From the NCBI GenBank assembly GCA_000002435.2, contig CM018793.1: DNA of 64,000 nucleotides; one strand, written 5' to 3'. Below, one piece after another: positions 60,447 to 64,000 of the stretch. The stretch comes from Giardia intestinalis. Lineage: Eukaryota. The notes under the pieces were generated by a model. The model had not been told where the DNA came from. It saw only the letters and a list, made by a program, of their open reading frames with translations, and made no database searches. Positions within the stretch are counted from its first letter, which is position 1. Each line of letters begins with the position of its first letter. Made by a program: the position numbers and the translations under genes.

Positions 60447-61249
60447 TCCACAAAGCCATGTCTTATCAATCACACTATCCACCTGTATCTTTATATGCCA
60501 TAGATGTAGGTGTCGTGCGCTTTCTAGTGGAAGCCCTATGTACCCGTCTTGCCCCAACAGCTTATGCACCTCGATACATTCCTTTCAGTAATGTATTACG
60601 GGGTATTGCGGCCTTCACTCTAACCAAGTAGGTTAAGCTACAGCCTCTATTGATGAAAACTAATGAGTAGCTAGAGATAAAGGCAATTAGATAAGGAGAC
60701 CTAAACATATAGAGGTGACGCTTGCGTATACTGCACATCCTTGAGTAGTCTGGTACCAAAATGCATCACTAAACTTTGGTTGAGATTGGCGATGAAGAAG
60801 CAATTCTCTTTTCAGTTTGCAAAGAAGCGTAGCACACACCTAAAAGTAATGTTGAGAATGCACGCATGTGAATACAAATACCATATTACGGGTCAGAGCT
60901 CGGGCACATCAGTGAGAGAACTGTCTCTAGTTCCATTGAAGACGCTCTATTTTTTATCGTAAGAAACTGTAGTCGTGATAACCTTCATAAACTGTTAATA
61001 TCACACGTTGGACAGAGATTACTCCATGTTCCTGTCAACAATCTGTACAAATTTAAAGCACTATCTCATAGATTCCAAAGGTAATATCTGCAGGTAGTGT
61101 GCTCTTCCACAATATAGGGTTTGGTACAATTACTGACAAATCGCTGGGCTATGATACTGGTTACACCTAAGCAAGTGATTTTGGGTTACCTTGACCGCTA
61201 ATACAGACCTTAAAATTGAGGTTTTTCACTCTTCTCCAAATTGGACGAA

Positions 61250-64000
61250 ATGGCAGGCAGAATCAGATCATATCTTCATATTTTCTCTCCCCAACAACAC
61301 CATTTCCCTTTGATAGACCCTGGCGCAAGACAGCTTCCTATGGCCTTGGAAATCCCAGAATATATTTGTCCATTGCATATTTGTGATAATAATCCCACTC
61401 TTCAATCGCTACACCAATCCGAGCCATGTATTTCACTGGCGTCTGAAGCGGGTGGGACTTATTTATTCGACGGAATCATTACAGACCAGACCGTTTACAG
61501 AGCAATGAATAGCGTCTACCTTTATGAACAAGTCGTTCCACCCAATCCCCTGGAGAAACTAGACACTATTGCGTGTGATATTGCAGCCGGCGCTAATGCA
61601 GGAGTGTCTCAATTGGTCGTATCGGCCGGACCGGTTGGTTCTGGCCATGGAACAATAGCATTCAGCTGTCTTCAATCTTCAGTCGCTGCAGATAGAGGTT
61701 CTGCTTCCAGGATATCCGCAGATCAGAGGTGTGGGACCTGCTCGACTTGCGAGTATCAGGGGTCCTACCAGTCTGCAGATCTCAACCAGTTAATAACCAG
61801 TTGTGTAGATGATGCCTTGAAGCAGGTGGGTTCGTCACAACATCATCGCCTACAGACTATGACCCCTGCAAAAGAGCCAATCAGGCGTGAATCCTCACCT
61901 ACTCCTCAGGGGCTCCTTTGGCGAATACTTAAGCACCTCACCTTTGCTAGCAACAAGAATGACACAGAGTGGCCTAAACTGGCTTGTTTCACTCTCGATA
62001 GCGGGCAACAGGTTATGGATCTTCTCGACTATCCCGGAATTACCGAGGCTTATGGGATGGGAGACCATCTCGATATGCAGTCTATAGACTATGTGGATTG
62101 TCCAGACAAATCAGTAGAATATCAGATGTATACTGAAAAGTTTGGTGATAGAGCTCAGACCTTCGAAGGAACAGCATATGGAAATGTCCATGACGCAGCT
62201 TCAGCCTTCTTAGCGAGTGGAATTGTACAGCCAGGCGCTAAGGACCTTACTCTACCATTCCGCAAAGCCATGTCCATGTCGCAGCACTTCAATCCCTTAA
62301 AATCAAGCGTAATAAGCAATTCTAATACATTTACGACAAGTGGCACTGTGCTAGAAAAACGCACTAATGCATCTGGTACACTTCACATCCAATCGCTATA
62401 CCCAGACGATCCTCAAGACCAATCTGGAAGTAAAACAACCAGATCTCATGTGAGCGAGCTATCGGTTGAGGCTAGAACTTATTTAGGAGCCACTAGCCAA
62501 TCAGCAATAAGAAAAATGAGGCTTATCTCTACCATATCTACTAAGACACTTATCAAGGCTCTGTCAAAGCCATCACTTGTTACACTCAAAACACATAATG
62601 GGCTAATAACACCAGAGTGTATGGGTAAGTCTGGCTTAAGGATACTCAATCTTAACCCGTCATCTCTCTCATTGCTAAAGCGATCTCTCTCTGATCGTAG
62701 ACGACCAATTTGCACATGGGACGAGCTCATGAGTGTTTCAGATGGCACTGCACAGCGTAGAGGAAGCGAGTTGGAACTTCCGTGTTTACTGAATATCCGG
62801 AAGCAAACGGGGTTGCCAAATTATGTTCTTGCTATGGATTCTTGTGGGCCCACAGTAGTGGTCATATACCTTGGTCCTTCACAGGCTTATTCATGCATTA
62901 TCTTCGTTGACATCTGCACATGCACAACTCAGACACCACTCCAGCAGTTCTCTCTTAAGCCACAATTTAAAACTAGCCTTGAGTCTTTAGCAGCTCTAAA
63001 GTCGCTTGTTGATAACCTATCTACTGAAAAACGTGCATCGCAACCGGCAAAAGCATACATGCTTACGCGTTTGATACTAGGTCATGTTCCCAACCTATCA
63101 CTGTCTTCCAAAGAAGCGAAGCGATCAGTTCAGCATGTACCTACCACGCATCGATTTACATACTTGCAGGATATTTGCAAGTCTACGCAGAAGGCATCTG
63201 GTCAGTGTATGTATAGAGAGGCTGATACTGCCTTGGAATCAATAAGTATTTCAGATTCAAATCTGAATGTTGCTGAAGAGCACGATACACTCTCAGATGT
63301 CTTAGATAATGATCATATCCACGAAAGCGCTCTTCAACAGATTTCTGACTCTGTAAGTACAGATCTTCCCGGAATTAACTATGCCCCGCGTGATATAACA
63401 TTTATACACAGCGTGCAGATATGCGAGACGGATGCCAAGAACACACTACAGCAGCTGCGCTTAGCCTCTTCTCTGGACAAAAAAGTGGAGATGGGATTCT
63501 ATTGGTCTACTCAGCTTTACAATGACGCTATGTGCTTAGCTCGCATAGATCTTCTGCAAAAGGAAGGAGATGATAACCTGTCCAGCATGCCTGTAAGTCA
63601 TATAAGTGACCAATATGATTCACAATCTGTTGCAGACTGCAAAGAGAACCCTTATGCATCCCATGGCTCCCAAGTGAGTCGCAGCTGCACTGTTGTCAAT
63701 CTGGTACGACCGGATCAAGGCGATACGCTCGATAGCAATCTAGTTTCAGCTTATGATAAACTGCAAACTAACAAGGAGGATAATTGTGGCGAGTCAACGG
63801 TCATGAATTCTGGTCTTCCAACAAGGAAAGAGGAATCTCAATATAAGAGCTTTTCTTCACCAAGCAAAACTGAAGAAACAAAGGATTTCTTACCTAATAG
63901 ACATCTACCAATCCTGCAATCTCCTAGCGCTCCAGACTCTTCCCAATCTCAAGTCGTCACCACACTATTGCTGCGACTGCACAAATATATAGACAGAGCA
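61250..64000 (+). CDS. partial CDS (5' end present, continues beyond window end), hypothetical protein of at least 917 aa
   Basis: I checked a reading frame with codons at 61250+3n codon by codon. It has no stop from the TGA at 61217-61219 to position 64000. The first ATG is at 61250 (MAGRIRSYLHIF...) and a second at 61340 (MALEIPEYICPLHI...). The gene is absent from the supplied track, presumably because it has no stop inside the window. I recognised no domain. It is S/T-rich with several Cys pairs. Confidence 0.45.
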   Translation, partial: MAGRIRSYLHIFSPQQHHFPLIDPGARQLPMALEIPEYICPLHICDNNPTLQSLHQSEPCISLASEAGGTYLFDGIITDQTVYRAMNSVYLYEQVVPPNPLEKLDTIACDIAAGANAGVSQLVVSAGPVGSGHGTIAFSCLQSSVAADRGSASRISADQRCGTCSTCEYQGSYQSADLNQLITSCVDDALKQVGSSQHHRLQTMTPAKEPIRRESSPTPQGLLWRILKHLTFASNKNDTEWPKLACFTLDSGQQVMDLLDYPGITEAYGMGDHLDMQSIDYVDCPDKSVEYQMYTEKFGDRAQTFEGTAYGNVHDAASAFLASGIVQPGAKDLTLPFRKAMSMSQHFNPLKSSVISNSNTFTTSGTVLEKRTNASGTLHIQSLYPDDPQDQSGSKTTRSHVSELSVEARTYLGATSQSAIRKMRLISTISTKTLIKALSKPSLVTLKTHNGLITPECMGKSGLRILNLNPSSLSLLKRSLSDRRRPICTWDELMSVSDGTAQRRGSELELPCLLNIRKQTGLPNYVLAMDSCGPTVVVIYLGPSQAYSCIIFVDICTCTTQTPLQQFSLKPQFKTSLESLAALKSLVDNLSTEKRASQPAKAYMLTRLILGHVPNLSLSSKEAKRSVQHVPTTHRFTYLQDICKSTQKASGQCMYREADTALESISISDSNLNVAEEHDTLSDVLDNDHIHESALQQISDSVSTDLPGINYAPRDITFIHSVQICETDAKNTLQQLRLASSLDKKVEMGFYWSTQLYNDAMCLARIDLLQKEGDDNLSSMPVSHISDQYDSQSVADCKENPYASHGSQVSRSCTVVNLVRPDQGDTLDSNLVSAYDKLQTNKEDNCGESTVMNSGLPTRKEESQYKSFSSPSKTEETKDFLPNRHLPILQSPSAPDSSQSQVVTTLLLRLHKYIDRA

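Noticed and set aside
1-64000. Prokaryotic or phage interpretation (operons, defence islands, CRISPR, toxin-antitoxin)
   Set aside because: The gene content is unmistakably eukaryotic: CDKL kinase, cyclin, proteasome alpha7, Elongin C, alpha-giardins and ankyrin 21.1-type proteins. There are no Shine-Dalgarno contexts, no operonic co-orientation and no repeat-spacer arrays. The tRNA lacks an encoded CCA.

Overview
The window looks like a nuclear chromosome segment from a Giardia-type diplomonad. Its GC content, estimated by eye, is close to G. intestinalis (just under half). It is densely packed with intron-less genes on both strands, separated by short spacers. An AT-rich stretch sits immediately upstream of most ATG start codons, and AGTRAAY-like poly(A) signals lie just after stop codons.

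The supplied ORF track often begins ORFs at TTG, GTG or CTG. I therefore re-derived most starts by locating the first in-frame ATG that has an AT-rich upstream context.

Content supported by motif reading (left to right):
- a CDKL-type TDY kinase
- three ankyrin-repeat proteins of the 'protein 21.1' style, one fused to a degenerate DHHC-like zinc-finger membrane module
- an EF-hand protein resembling the PP2A B'' (PR72) regulatory subunit
- a 3208-aa polytopic membrane giant
- a secreted BPI/LBP/CETP-like lipid-binding protein
- two annexin-like alpha-giardin triplets in inverted orientation about 16 kb apart
- a 2066-aa protein with multiple ASH/MSP-like domains, likely flagellar
- a DZIP1-like C2H2 protein
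- proteasome subunit alpha type-7
- a POC5-like coiled-coil protein
- RRP7
- tRNA-Ser(AGA) placed 22 nt upstream of threonyl-tRNA synthetase
- two tandem KefF/MdaB-type NAD(P)H oxidoreductase paralogs of bacterial flavour
- a SNARE-like tail-anchored protein
- a PPP-family Ser/Thr phosphatase
- Elongin C
- a cyclin
- several large, low-complexity or alpha-helical hypothetical proteins
- a long partial ORF running off the 3' end

I saw no prokaryotic operon or defence system, no CRISPR array, no VSP-like CXXC protein and no obvious transposon. The noteworthy material is eukaryotic: the inverted alpha-giardin arrays, the bacterial-type oxidoreductase tandem, the degenerate DHHC-ankyrin protein, the membrane giant, and a GC-rich island and a 1.4-kb gap that each lack any long ORF.
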